A DNA stretch of 64,000 nucleotides. Source: the human T2T-CHM13v2.0 reference genome, Homo sapiens. The notes under the pieces were generated by a model that had not been told where the DNA came from, searched no databases, and worked only from the letters and a program-made list of their open reading frames with translations. Of this stretch, positions 41,037 to 59,613 are shown piece after piece. Made by a program: the position numbers and the translations under genes. The DNA is taken from assembly GCF_009914755.1 (NCBI RefSeq), contig NC_060947.1; one strand, 5' to 3'. Position 1 is the first letter of the stretch; every line of letters begins with the position of its first letter.

Positions 41037-44000
41037 TTATATATATATATATATAAATAAATAATGTGGACATATATGTAATGTGGAAAAATATATAATG
41101 TGGCTATATATAATATGGACATATAAATATATATTTATGTAATATATATTTATATTAATATATTTTTTAAATATAATGTACTTATTTAGATATGTTTTTA
41201 AATACAAATATATATATTTATAAATTTTTAAATATAAATATATATTTATAAATTTTTAAATATAAATATACATTTATAAATTTTTAAATATAAATATACA
41301 TTTATATATATTTAAATATAAATATACATTTATATATATTTAAATATAAATATACATTTATATATATTTAAATATAAATGTATATTTATATATATTTAAA
41401 TATAAATATATATTTATATATATTTAAATATAAATATATACTTATATATTTTTAAATATAAATATATATTTATATATTTTTAAATCTAAATATATATTTA
41501 TATATTTTTGAATCTAAATATATATTTATGTATTTTTGAATCTAAATATATATTTATGTATTTTTAAATCTAAATATATATTTATGTATTTTTAAATATA
41601 AATATATATTTATATATTTTTAAATATAAATATATACTTATATATTTTTAAATATAAATATATATTATTAAATATAAATATATATTTATATATTTTCATA
41701 TATTTAAATATAAATATATATATTTAAATGTTTTAATATATGTATATATAAATATATGTGTTTAAATATATTTATATATAAAAATATATATCTATATATT
41801 TTAATACATTTATATATAAAAATATATATCTATATATTTTAATACATTTATATATAAATATATAAACTAATATATTTTCATAAATGTATATATAAAAATA
41901 TATACTTATATATTTTCATATATTTACATATATAATTATATATTTAAATATATTTATATATTAAAATATATACTTATGTATTTTAATATATGTATATATA
42001 AATATATACTTATATATTTTAATATATTTATATATAAAAAATATATATTTATAAATCTTAATATATTTATATATAAAAATATATATTTATATATATTAAT
42101 ATATTCATATATTTTAATATATTTATATATAATTACATATATTTGGATGTAAAAATATATATTTAAATTTTTTATATATTTATATATAAATTTATATATT
42201 TATACATTTTTATATATTTATACATAAATATATATAAATATATTTATATATATGTATGTATTTTTATATATTTATATATTAATATATAAGTATACATTAT
42301 TATCTGTTTATATAAATATACATATTTATATATTTTCATATATTTTTATGTATAAATATAAATATTTATATATTTTTATATATTTACATATAAGTATAAA
42401 TAATTATATATTTTTAGATATTGATATATATAAATATATATTTATACATATTTTTATATATTAATATATGTATATTTTTATGTAAAAATATATATATTTC
42501 TATATAAATATATATTTTTATAAAACATATAATCTTATATATAAATATATTTCTTAAATAAATATATATTTTATATATTAATATATACTTTAATATGAAT
42601 ATATATTTTATATATAAATATATATTTTAATATGAATATATATTCTATATATAAATCTATATTTTAATATGAATATATTTTTATATATCAATATATATTA
42701 ATATATGAATATATAATTTAATATAAATATATTTTATATATAAATATATATTTCAATATGAATATAAATTTATATATAATTATACATTTTAATATAAATA
42801 TATTTTTATATATACATATATATTTCAATATATAAATATACGTATTTTTACATGTATACATATATACATTTTTCTATATACAATTATACATTTTTACACA
42901 TAAATATATATTTTACATACAAATATATATATAAATTATATCTATATTTATATAAATATATAAATATGTATTATATATATCTAATATTTATATAAAATAT
43001 TACATATATTATATATATAATAAAATATATCAATGTTATTATATATAATATATAATATATATTAAATGTATATATTAAAATATATATAAAATATTAAAAT
43101 ATACTATATATTTATATAACAATACATAAATATATATTTTTCATATTTACACATACATTTTTTGTATATAAATATATATATTTATACATAAATATGTATA
43201 TTCGTATATAGATATATTCGTATATAAATAGATATATGGGGATATAAATAGATCTATTTATATACAAATATATCTATTTGTATACCAATGTATCTATATA
43301 CGAATATATATATTTATATTTAACTATATATTTTTAACTGTTAATATAAATTTACATATATATATTTATAATACATTTCATATGTTTCATATATATTATA
43401 TATATTAATATATATTATCTATACAAATATGTATATGCAATATAAAAATTTATCTTTATATAAACATATACATAATATATATAATATATTAAATGTATAT
43501 GTTTATATAAAAATATATATAATATATAAATATATATGTATATAAAAATTTATATAAATATACATATAAATATATATAATATATAAATATATATTATATA
43601 AAAATATATTATATATAATATATATAATATATAACATATAATATATATAATATATATAAATATATATATAATAAATATAAGTATATTTATATAAAATATA
43701 TATTAATATATGCATTATATATAAATATATATTTGTATCTATAAAGACAAAAATATGTATATATTTGTAGAAAACTACATATATTTTTATATATTTTTTA
43801 TATAAATATATTTTTATATAAAATATATATTTATACACGTATATATATGAATACATATATTTTTATGTATGAATACATATATTTTTATATATGAATACAT
43901 TTCCTTTTATATATGAATACCTTTATTTTTATATATGTATATATATTTTTATATATGAATATAAATATTTATATATGAGTATATATATTTTTATATAAGA

Positions 44001-47000
44001 AAATATATGTATTTTATATAAGACTATTTTTTATATATGATTATATATATTTTTGTATATGAATATATATAAAATATACGAATATATTTTATATATGAAT
44101 ATATCTTTATGTAAATATGTATATTTTTATATAAAGATATATTTTTATATGTGAATATATTTACATAAATATACATATTTTTATATAAATATCTATATTT
44201 TCATATATGAATACATATTTCTATATATGAATATATATAAATATATATTTATTTATGAATAAATATTTATATAAATATATATTTTTATATATGAATACAT
44301 ATATTTATATATTTATATAAATATATATTTTATATATGAATATATATATTTATATAAATATATATTCTATATATGAATTTATATGTTTATATATTTATAT
44401 AAATATATATTTTTATATATGAATATATATATTTATATATTTTTATATATGAATATACATTTATATATTTTTATGTAAATATAAATTTTTACATAGGCAT
44501 ATATATATTTATAAAAATATAAATATATATACAAATATATATTTTTTATATTAATATATATTTATATATTTTTGTATTTATACATATTTATATATAATTA
44601 TATAGGTATATATCTTTATATATATTTATATATACATATTTATATGTACAAATATATATAGTTATATAAATACATATTTATATATTTTTGTATATATTTA
44701 TATATATTTATGTAAATATATATTTATATATTTTCATATATATTTATATTTTTATATAAATATATATTTATTTATTTTTATATAAATATATATCTATGTA
44801 TTTTTATATAAATATATATTTGTATATTTTATACAAATATATATTTATATATTTTATGTAAATATATATTGATATATATTTATGTAAATATATATTGATA
44901 TACATTTATGTAAATATATAGATATATTTTTATGTAAATATATATAGACATATTTTCATGTAAATATATATATTTATATATTTACATGTAAATATATATT
45001 GATATATTTTCAGTCTATATTTATATATATTCATATATTTTTTAATATATATTTATTTTCATATATATTTTGAAAATATATTCATATATATATTTTTAAT
45101 ATATATTCATATATTTATATATATATTTTTTAATATATATTTATGTATATATATATATTTATTTCTATTTGTGTATATTTGTATATATTTATAGATATTA
45201 ATATATGTATTCATATTTATAAACATTCATATATTTTAGATATATTTATATATAGATAGATTTTATATACATTTACATGTATTTATATATATAGATTTTT
45301 ATATATTTAATAAAATTATATTTTTATGTATGTTATATATAAATATATATCTATATATATGTTTATGTATATAAAAACATATTTATATACAAATATATTT
45401 AAAAATATATTACATATAAATCTATATATGATTTGTATAATCTATATATAATCTATATATAAATGTGTATATTTATATATATTTTATATATGTTTATATA
45501 CAATATATATATTTTTAAATACATTTTATATATATTTATATATTAAGATAAATATTTATATATAAAGATAAATATCTATTTATATGTTAAGATAAATATA
45601 TATTTATATTAATATATATATATATTTATATTAATATATATATATTTATCTTAACATATGAATATATATTATATATATATACAAATATAAATATATATAT
45701 AATATATATATTTATATATATAAATATAAATATATATATTAATATAAATATATATTTATATATTCATATAAATATATATTTATATAAATACATTTATATA
45801 TAAATTATTTATATTAATAATAAGAAATATATATATTATATATATTTATATATATTTATTTGTATATATAAATGTACATAAAAATTTATAAATATATATT
45901 TATATAAATACATTTATACATTAAGATAGATATATATAAATGTAAATATACATATTTATAAATCAATATAAATATCTACAATTACATATTTATATAATAA
46001 TATAAATATGTATTTATATTATTATATGAATATATATTGATGTATTATTTAAATTTATATTGATATATTATTATATCAATACATATTTATATTATTATAT
46101 GAATACAGATTTATAAATCTGTATTCATATAATAATATAAATACTTATTCATATATTAATATAAATATATATTTATATAATAATACAAATATATATATTA
46201 ATATAAATATATATTTGTATATTAATATAAATATAGATTTATATATATTTATGTAATATATATGTTTACATAATGTATTATATATAAATATATATTTGTA
46301 TATCTTATATAAATATATATTTCTATAGAATACAAATATATATTTATATAATTATATAAATATATATTTGTATAATATATATTTATATATTGTATAAATA
46401 TATATTTATATAATTTATATAATATATATTCATATATTTATATAAATATATATTATCTTATATATACATATATTATGTAATATATATATTATAAAATATA
46501 TACATATATAACATATATTATATAATATATATACATATATTATATAATATATATACATATATTATATAACACATATTATATAATATATATACATATATCA
46601 TATAATATATATTATATGATATATATACATATTATACGATATATATACATATATCATATAATATATATTATATGATATATATACATATATCATATAATAT
46701 ATATTATATGATATATATACATATATCATATAATATATATTATATGATATATATACATATATCATATAATATATATTATATGATATATATACATATATCA
46801 TATAATATATATATTATATTACATATACATACATTACATTATATATATTTATAACTGATATAATATATATATTTATATATTATATAATTATATATAAATC
46901 TATACTTATATATTATATAATTATATATAAATCTATACTTATAAATTTATATAAATCTATATTCACATATATTTATATATAATTATATATTTATGTATAT

Positions 47001-49335
47001 ACATATTATGTATATATATATGTAAATATATATTTATATATTATGTATATTATATGATATATATTATCCATTATATAATATTATATAATAGATAATATAT
47101 ATTAGATATAATATATAATATATATGATATATATTATATAATAGATAATATATATGATATATATTATATAATATATATCATATATATTATACAATATATA
47201 ATATATATTATATATAATATATAATATATGATATATATTATATATTATATATAATTCATATATATTTGTATATATCATATATATTATATATAATTTATAT
47301 ATATTTCTATATATTACATATAATATATATATTTATATATTATATTTAATTTATATAAATTTATATAGATTATATATAATATATACATTTATATATAATA
47401 TATATTATATTTAATATATAAATATATATTTATATATATTCATATATATATTATATATAATATATATGTATATATTATATATTATATATATGTATATATT
47501 TATATATATTAGATATAAATATATATATTTATATATTAGATATAAATATATATATTTACATATATTAGATATAAATATATATATTTACATATATTAGATA
47601 TAAATATATATACTTATATATATTAGATATAAATATATATATTTATATATATTAGATATAAATATGTATATTTATACATTAGATATATATGTTTATATAT
47701 CAGATATAAATATATATATTTATATATATCAGATATAAATATATATATTTATATATATCAGATATAAATATATATATTTATATATATCAGATATAAATAT
47801 ATATATTTATATATATCAGATATAAATATATATATTTATATATATCAGATATAAATATATATATTAGATATATATAGTTATATTTATATTTATTTATATA
47901 AATATATATTAGTATACATATTTATATTTATAAATATATATTAGTATACATATTTATATTTATAAATATGTATATATTTGTCTATATAAATATAGATATT
48001 TATACATTTGTATATATAAATATATTTATTTTTATATTTGTATATATAAATATATATATTTTTATGTTTGTATATATAAATATGTATTTTTTATATTTGT
48101 ATATATAAATATATATTTTTTATATTTGTATATATAAATATATATATTTATATATTTGTATAAATATATATAAATATTTATATATATAAATATATATTTA
48201 TCTATTTGTGTATATAAATATTCGTATATATAAATACATATTTATATATATATTCATATATATAAATATGTATTTATATATTCATATATATAAATATGTA
48301 TTTATATATTCATATACATAAATATGTATTTATATATTCGTATATATAAGTATATATTTATATATTTGTATATATAATTATATATTTATATATTTGTATA
48401 TAGAAATACATATGTTCACATATTTGTATATATAAATATGTTTACATATTTGTATATATAAATATATGTTTACATATTTGTATATATAAATATATATGTT
48501 TATATATTTGTATATGTAAATATATATGTTTATATAGTTGTATATATTAATATATATGTTTATATAGTTGTATATATTAATATATATTTATAGATTTGTA
48601 CATATAAATATATATTTATAGATTTGTATATATAAATATATTTTTATAGATTTGTATATATTAATATATATTCATAGATTTGTAAATATAAATACTTTTA
48701 GGTTTGTATATATATATTTATATGTGTATATAAATATATATTTATATATGCATATATAAATATATATTTATATGTGTATATAAATATATATTTATAGATT
48801 TGTATATATAAATATATATTGATATATGTATATACATATATAAACATATATTTATAGATTTGTATACATAAATATATATTTATATATACATATATAAATA
48901 TATATTTATAGACATGTATATATAAATATATATTTATAGATTTGTATATATAAATATATATTTATAGATTTGTATATATAAATATATATTTATAGATTTG
49001 TATATATATTTATATATTTGTATATATATTAATATATACATTTATAGGTTACATATAAATGTATATATTTATATATTTGTATATATAAATATATATATTT
49101 TTATATATTTCTATATATAAATATATATTTTTATATATTTGTATATATAAATATATATATATTTATATATTTGTATATATAAATATATATATATTTATAT
49201 ATTTGTATATATAAATATATATGTTTTCATATATTTGTATATATAAATATATATATTTTTATATGTATTTGTATGTATAAATATTTATATATTTTTTAAA
49301 ATTTTTATATATCCAAATTTTTATATATATATATA
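41037..49335. repeat. ~8.3 kb degenerate (TA)n-derived AT-rich tract with minisatellite sub-arrays and palindromes
   Basis: Almost entirely A/T. Sub-arrays: ~24-26 bp (41210-41700), 36 bp (46595-46815), ~28-30 bp (47505-47870) and TTTGTATATATAAATAT-type units (48000-49290). Confidence 0.97.
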
Positions 49336-50633
49336 GTGGATAAAGGATAAACAAAGCCTGTTTCACCCTTTCATCTTCATGAAAACCTACCTTTGGTTAA
49401 CTTTCTAGTTCTGTGTCCCACGAAGCCTGATAAAAGTGGAATACCTGCATTGTTACTAGACAACTTTATATTGTTGAACATGACTCCTTACTGGCAAACT
49501 GCATCTGGACCAGGAGGATTGTAATATGACACCTGAGTGTGGTGAATTTTGTAACTGGCTATGTCCATTTCCAAGATCCTGGAGTGCTGCTCTCAAGTAT
49601 TGGTACAAGAGATATTGACCCCTATGGAGCATTGGACTTCTAAGTCAGGATCGCCTCCATGTTCTCCTACGTGATCCTACTGCTTCCTAGTTGAATTTGT
49701 ACTTTGAGGACAAAGAAAACTAGCTAACCCTATACTACTACAAACACTCTGATATAAAAGACACACCTAACACAGCCCTTCTGGCATATTGTGTTTCGTA
49801 CCCTATATCCTTCTAGGTGGATCTACGGCCAAGTATGCTCAATTGCTTTCTGCAAGACAAATTGACTATTTGAGCCTATGGAGTTTCTCTGGTGGGTACT
49901 GCATGTAGGAAATACAAAATAGCTTATAGTAACATATATAAAAGTCACCAAAGCCAATTTTGAATCTTGTTGACTGCTTATTAAAGGATATAAAATCTAA
50001 AGTATGAGTAGAAGCAAATTAGACAAAGGAGTTTTAAAGGAAGTTGTCAGTTTAAGAGACGTAGGTGTGAGATTAAACAGAGTGAATGGGATGAGGAAGA
50101 CAAACATGTTGAGTGTTACTTAAAACACAGGTAATGTCTGCCTCATATAAAATAATTTAGAAGTGACAAATGGACTATGAAATACAGAGATAGCCATGAT
50201 CAGGCTGACTTTTGTCAGATATGTCTCCTGTTCAAAGAAACCAAACATTGAATGTATAAGGGTGAACACTGCTGTATGAAACACAAGAGTTTGATGAAAA
50301 ACCACAGAAACCAATTAACACTGATCCAGAAGGTATAATATTGACCCCTCTGAGGCATAAACAAGTAACGGAATTTCGTAGATTTTGAAAACATCAAATC
50401 ACTTATCTAGAATATTAGATTAAATTTTTCCATAGAAAGCAACTGAAAAAAAGAAGTTTCCTTGTCTGAAAATACAAGATTACAAGATCTTACTAAAACT
50501 AATCAAAAAATTGGCCTTGGTGGGGAGAGAAATGAAACAGGATCACATGGCCAGAGTGAAGTCTTAACAATAGGGAAGATCATAGAGGTAAGAAAAGAAA
50601 TATTGAATAGAGTCTGGAATGCAGGAGCATGTA

Positions 50634-50693
50634 TGTGTGGCTGTGTGGCGGTGTGTGTGTGTATGCTTGTGTGTGTGTGTGTGCGCGCGTGTA
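50634..50693. repeat. (TG)n/(CG)n alternating purine-pyrimidine microsatellite
   Basis: GTGTGTGTGTGTGCGCGCGTGT. Confidence 0.85.
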
Positions 50694-51463
50694 GGTAAGT
50701 TTGGTAAGTTTAGATGAGCCTGGAAGATTAGCAGGAGTGTGAATTTCACCAGATCTTCATGTTACAAAAATATGCTCAAGGAGAAGGCTATTTTGGAAAC
50801 CATTGCAGAAATACAATAAGATATAGTGGTGACACGAACTTCAAGTTATGGTGGTGGGTTTTGAGGGAAATTCTGGGACTTGGCTTACAAAATTACCTAG
50901 AAAAGACCTAGTTCCTCAGGCATATGATGCTTACAGGCAAGCTGCACTACAAACAAAATATTTTCACATAAACAGATACACATTCCCTCTTGCTAGGATG
51001 AAATATATAAATATACTTCCATTTACAGATGGATTCCTTCATTATTGGAAACAGAAATACACTTCAAATCTGTGTTACAAACTTCTGAAGCAAACAATTT
51101 ATTTTCCTCAGACAGTTTTACCCGTTATTTTGAAAATATAAAGAAATTGCTTGATATCTTCAATTTATGAGTGAATTTTACATTTCTACTCATGAAATGC
51201 AAAGATTAACTGCACTTGAATAGATATATGAAGATATTGAGGTTGCTGTGCAGCTTTGCTCATACAGGCCTATTTTGCACACTAGGTTTGTCAAGGACTT
51301 GAAGTTCCCTGCTATTCTGTATCTGTGTTATATGATATGAAAATAGTCATTTGTGGTAAATTTTTATGAATATGGTAAAAATCTTTATATATACTCAATC
51401 TGGAAGTATAAAACTGCAAAACCAAAGTTTAACCTATAATTTTGTTAAGCAGTTTTCAGTCTG

Positions 51464-51813
<350 letters not shown>

Positions 51814-51871
51814 TGATGCAAACCTATAAGGGGAAATAACAATTTCCTTATTAAATGGGCCAACATTGAGG

Positions 51872-52752
51872 AGTTGATGTCAGCAACATGGTATACTAGG
51901 AGGTCCGAATGTTGACCTCCCCAGAAAAATAATGATTAAACAACTACTTACTGACAAAAACAGCTCTGGGAGAGTTCCAGAATACAATGAAAAAGCTGCA
52001 GCAACCAAATTGGAGCACGAAATCTTAAGATGACAGCATAAAAATGTATCGGAAGCATTTTCCGACATCACCACCTCCGCCAGTCTGGCACAGGTTGATG
52101 CCAAGAAGGATTCCATTGGCCATGACTTTTCCCCATGGGAGAAAAGGAGAGGATCTCTCGCTACTGAGGACCCTTTCAGTCATCACTGCTCAGAGAAGGA
52201 CCCATTTTTGCCTATCAACTCTGCACTAGCATTCAACATACATCCCCAGGTACTTTCGCCTCTGCTCCTCGCATGCCCATGCCCCAGACTCCAGCATCAC
52301 CAATGTTCCACTGAGGCCTGTACCCCAGAAACTAGCACCACTTGCTGCCACAGTTGTGCCTGCATCCCAGACCTTGGCACCACCACTGTTCTATGCATGC
52401 CCATACCTTGGGCCCCACTGCCACAGCCACTCTTTATCTGCCTACTTCCCAGACACCAGCATTACCACTGTGTACACTCACACCCTGGACCCCAGCTCTA
52501 AGATGGACACCCTCAGTGGTGACTCCCCCTATGGTGGAAAATAAGACACCAGAAGCCTTCACTGCTACTGCAGACACATACAGCCTTGGCCACCAAAGAT
52601 TCCTGTACTCTTCACTGATGTCCTCAGCTGATGGACCTTCCTAGGGTTTATGCTGCTGCACCAAGACCAGGGGACAGAACCACTGCACCTCACCTGGCTA
52701 GCAGCCTCACACCCACCCATAGATGAAGGTCTTTCCCCCACTGAAGTCAAAA
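51872..52752 (+). mobile_element. Old L1M 5'UTR fragment
   Basis: Starts TGATGTCAGCAACATGG, has a C-rich degenerate repeat region, and ends CATAGATGAAGGTCTTTCCC...TGAAGTCA. Confidence 0.6.
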
Positions 52753-53282
52753 AAGAATATCTCTAAAAGGTTTCATCAGTATGAACACTTAAAACATGCA
52801 GAAATATTGTTGGAAGTGGGAACGTGAAAGGTACTGCTATGTTGCTAGAAGAAGTTCTCGATCAATGGATGACAGTTAATACTTTGGATTTCTTCATGCA
52901 GATCAGAACTCTACACTGAAGCAAGCTGTTCAGTCATGTCTTCAGGTCTAATATCTGAATATTATGGAGCAGGTGGTACTAATATTAATAATCCAGTCAA
53001 AGTTTTTGTTCCAAAATACAATGACTATTTGATGGCCTAGCTTTAGGATTATATTGATCATGAAACTTTTTTTCTTCTAATATTGGTGTCCTATTTTCCA
53101 AGAATTTTATGTCTGTGGCCAAGACTATTAAGTGTCTGTTCAAATTTTACGCCCATATTTCTTACTAGCACTTTGGGTCTGTGGTGCAACCACAAGAAAA
53201 CTCCCATGGCAACACCTTCTTCAAGTGAAGGACAGTTCTCAGGGTGGCTTTGGACCAGTCGAGTTCTTTCTCCTTTCTCGTT

Positions 53283-53663
53283 TGTAGTTCTGAAAAATAA
53301 CTGTAGACGGTGCCAAGAATGCAACATCTTCAGATAGGGCTCTGTTCCAGTGGCCCTAGAAACAGGATGTCCTTCAATACTTCAGCCCAGTGATTATTCT
53401 ATCTCTGGGGTATAAAACCCAGGGCAACTTTCTGGGGTCCCTCCGCTGTGGTGAAAGTGGAGTACATGCAGACAAAACTCCATCTACCACAGGCAGCATT
53501 CCCGAGCCTTAGGGGGCTGGCTTACAGTGAATCCTAGGCTTTGTGGTCCCTTGCTGCCTATCTGTAAGGAATAAACCCTCTTCTGTAACTCATTGTGTGC
53601 ATGGACATTCAGTTTCACTGAACTCAGACAAGTTGGTAACCAGTGCACAGTGAATCTGCTTCA
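53283..53663 (+). mobile_element. Solo ERV LTR (ERVL; LTR32-like, name tentative)
   Basis: TATA box GGGGTATAAAACCC, AATAAA near 53570, ends GGTAACCAGTGCACAGTGAATCTGCTTCA. The left boundary is uncertain. Confidence 0.6.
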
Positions 53664-53846
53664 TGGTAAGTACCTTATTTTATTTGTTCAAGAGTTCAAT
53701 TTGACTGATAGGCAAGAATTGGCACCACTTCAAGAATTCATTGAGAAACTTTAATTGAAAGACAAATAAATGTTTCTTCTGCAACAGTTACTCTCTTGCT
53801 TCATCTACAGCTAGAGTTATCTCAATGCTAATCTGTTATCAACTAG

Positions 53847-54272
53847 TGTTGTCAGTTGAGTTGTGTCTCCCTAAAATTTGTATACTGAATTCCTGTATCC
53901 CCAGAACCTCAGAATGTGGTCTTATTTGGAAATAGGGTCATTGCAGATGTAATCAAGTTAAGATGAGGTCACTAGGGTAGACCCTAATTCAGCCTGGTAT
54001 CCTTACAAAAACGAGACATTTGGACATAAAGACATACACCTGGGGAGAAGTCCACGTTAAACATGAAGGCAGAGATTGAGGTGATGCATCTTCAAGTCAA
54101 AGGGAGAAGCCTAAAACAGATCCTTCCCTCATAGCACTCTAAAGGAACCAAACCTAGCAAAACTTTGATTTTGGACTTCTAGCCTCTAAAACTGTGAGAT
54201 AATAAATTTATGTTGTTCTAAACCACCCAGATTGTGTTACTTTGTTGTAGTAACCCTTAGTAAACAAATACA
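53847..54272 (+). mobile_element. MLT1C-like solo LTR
   Basis: ACCTCAGAATGTGGTCTTATTTGGAAATAGGGTCATTGCAGATGTAAT; GACTTCTAGCCTCTAAAACTGTGAGA; ends AAACAAATACA. Confidence 0.88.
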
Positions 54273-54560
54273 ATTAATGATACAAAGTTAGAGAAAACAG
54301 TATACAAAGAAACCCATTGTCTGTGCCTGCTGATAAAAATGTTTCCATTGGTAGTTTGGCTTCGGAGCAAGAATTTAAAAACGTAACTAATTTTGACATA
54401 CTCTATGACCTGTTATTGTCATGAAGTTATACTTGGTTGTAATATATGATGACTACATGTAGTTTATTAGTTTAGATATTGTTCCTTTGCTGAATAAATT
54501 GATTGCATCTGTTTCAGGTGACAGCATAATGGATAATGAGAATTTCCACCAAATGATTAG

Positions 54561-54879
<319 letters not shown>

Positions 54880-55330
54880 TCAGATAGGTTTTCTTCTACT
54901 TCAATTTTACAAATAAAAAAGGCATTTTTAGATTTCCTTAATATTAAGAATATTTGCATCATTTTATATTTTATTTTCAAGTTTGTATGCCAGCGATTTT
55001 ATGGATAAGATGGATGGATAGATCGTTTTTGTTTTGTTTGGATTTGACAAAATCCATGATTGTTATTTTAATCATCATAAGACATGATATGGGAACAACC
55101 AAAGTTTTTTTTTCTAAAATTCCCTTTTATGTTTTAGTCTTCATTTGGAATTTTATCAACACACAAAGGTTGTTAGAAGGTTATACGTGTACAAATTAGA
55201 AATAATTTCTTTTTAAGTATTCTAAGGATTATCTTATAGATTTTTATTTTACAATGCTTTATTCAAATTAATTTTAACACATGAAGATTTTGGTTAAGAA
55301 AAAAAAGATCTTCCAAAAGTAATCGCAAAC

Positions 55331-55759
55331 TGTATTAGGTCATTCTTGCATTGCTATAAATAAATACCTGAGATCGGGTAATTTATCAAGGAAAGTGGTT
55401 TAATTGGCTTACCGTTCTTCAGGCTGCATAGGGAGCATAACATCAGCATCTGCTTAGCTTCTAGAGAGGCCTCAGGGAGCTTTTACTCATGGTGGAAGGT
55501 GAAACAGGAGCAGGCTCTTCACATGGTGAAAACAGGAGCAAGAGAGAGTTGGGTAGGGGAGGTACCACACACTTGTAAACAACCAGATCTCACGTGAACT
55601 CAGAGTGAGAGCTCACTTTATCACCAAGGGGATGGCCCAAGCCATTCATAAGAGATTTGCCCTCATGATCCAAACACCTCTAGCCAGGCCCCAATTCCAA
55701 CATTAGGGATTATACTTCAACATAATATTTGAATGGGGATAAATATCCAAACTATATCC
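55331..55759 (-). mobile_element. MST (MSTB-like) solo LTR
   Basis: TGTATTAGG...ATCCAAACTATATC with a perfect 5-bp TSD CAAAC. Confidence 0.92.
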
Positions 55760-55837
55760 CAAACATGGATCTCAAAGCCACTATCTTTATTCATGTTATG
55801 GTATGGGGATGCACAAACTTTATCCCAATAAGGATAA

Positions 55838-58607
<2,770 letters not shown>

Positions 58608-58731
58608 GATAATTTAAGAAAAACCATGGTAATAATTTACTATATACAATGTATAACACAGCAAAGGTATAGAGTGATACACATTCTTTAATGTGTTTTT
58701 TAATAAAAGAGGAATAAGTTAAATGTCTTCT

Positions 58732-59613
58732 TTATTGCGGGATCTGGCCAGCAGCCTGCAATGCAGTGGGGCTCTCTCTTTGTTCCCAGGTGGATTGGCA
58801 GGTCGAGAAATAATAGACAAACACAAGACAGTGAAAGCTGGGTCAAGGGGGGTCACCGCCTTCTGGTCCTGCGGTGCCAACAATGCACTGGATATACCAG
58901 CGTTTATTATTAAGTTTAGTGAGGGCAGGGGTAGGTTAGTGAGGGATTTAGGGTCATTTGATTATGAGGTGAGATGGTCACATGGGGATGAAGTAATTCT
59001 TTAACATAACATCTGTATGCGGAAGTACAGTATACAGGGATAAGAATTTACAATATAGTGTGTGCATCAGTAATTTCTAACAGAGCCTTAAAACAGAAAC
59101 AGTCTTTCCATAACCTATAATTAGCAAGATATTAATCAGCAGTAACAGTTGCAGCAAAAGCTGGTTACAAACAATCCATAGAAACAGGACGTGAAGCTAG
59201 ACAACTGGTTAGACCAGAAATTCTCAGAAGGGAGTATGCCTTAACCCTAAAGAGGCCTAGAAGAGCCATGGCAAGATGAGGGCGTTTATAGCCCTATCTT
59301 ATCCATACAGACAGGCGCCCCCCCCCCACCCCATACGTCCGTTTATAGGCTCTCCACAAGGGTCACATTCCATTCCCAGAGCTATGAACATCTGCTTTTC
59401 TGGGATAGGAATCTTGGTGATATGAAACCTCCCTGACTGCACGTCCATTCATAGGCTCTCCGCAAGGGGAAGCACATCACGTGCTGTTGGCTCATTCTGG
59501 CAGTCCAACCTGGCATTGTCTTTACACAATCCTGCATGCAACTTTGTATTTACAATAATCAGGAGCATTTCATCTTTTATTCCATAGCAATAGTTTCAGG
59601 GGGTCTCCCTACA
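58732..59613 (-). mobile_element. ERVK-class solo LTR (MER11D-like)
   Basis: The minus strand starts TGTAGGGAGACCCCCTGAAACTATTGC and ends CCAGATCCCGCAATA; ~880 bp. The 6-bp TSD TCTTCT (58726-58731 and 59614-59619) is typical of betaretrovirus-like ERVs. The subfamily name is from memory. Confidence 0.8.

Noticed and set aside
42252-46854. Ile/Tyr-rich ORFs in the AT tract
   Set aside because: Translation artefacts of TA repeats.
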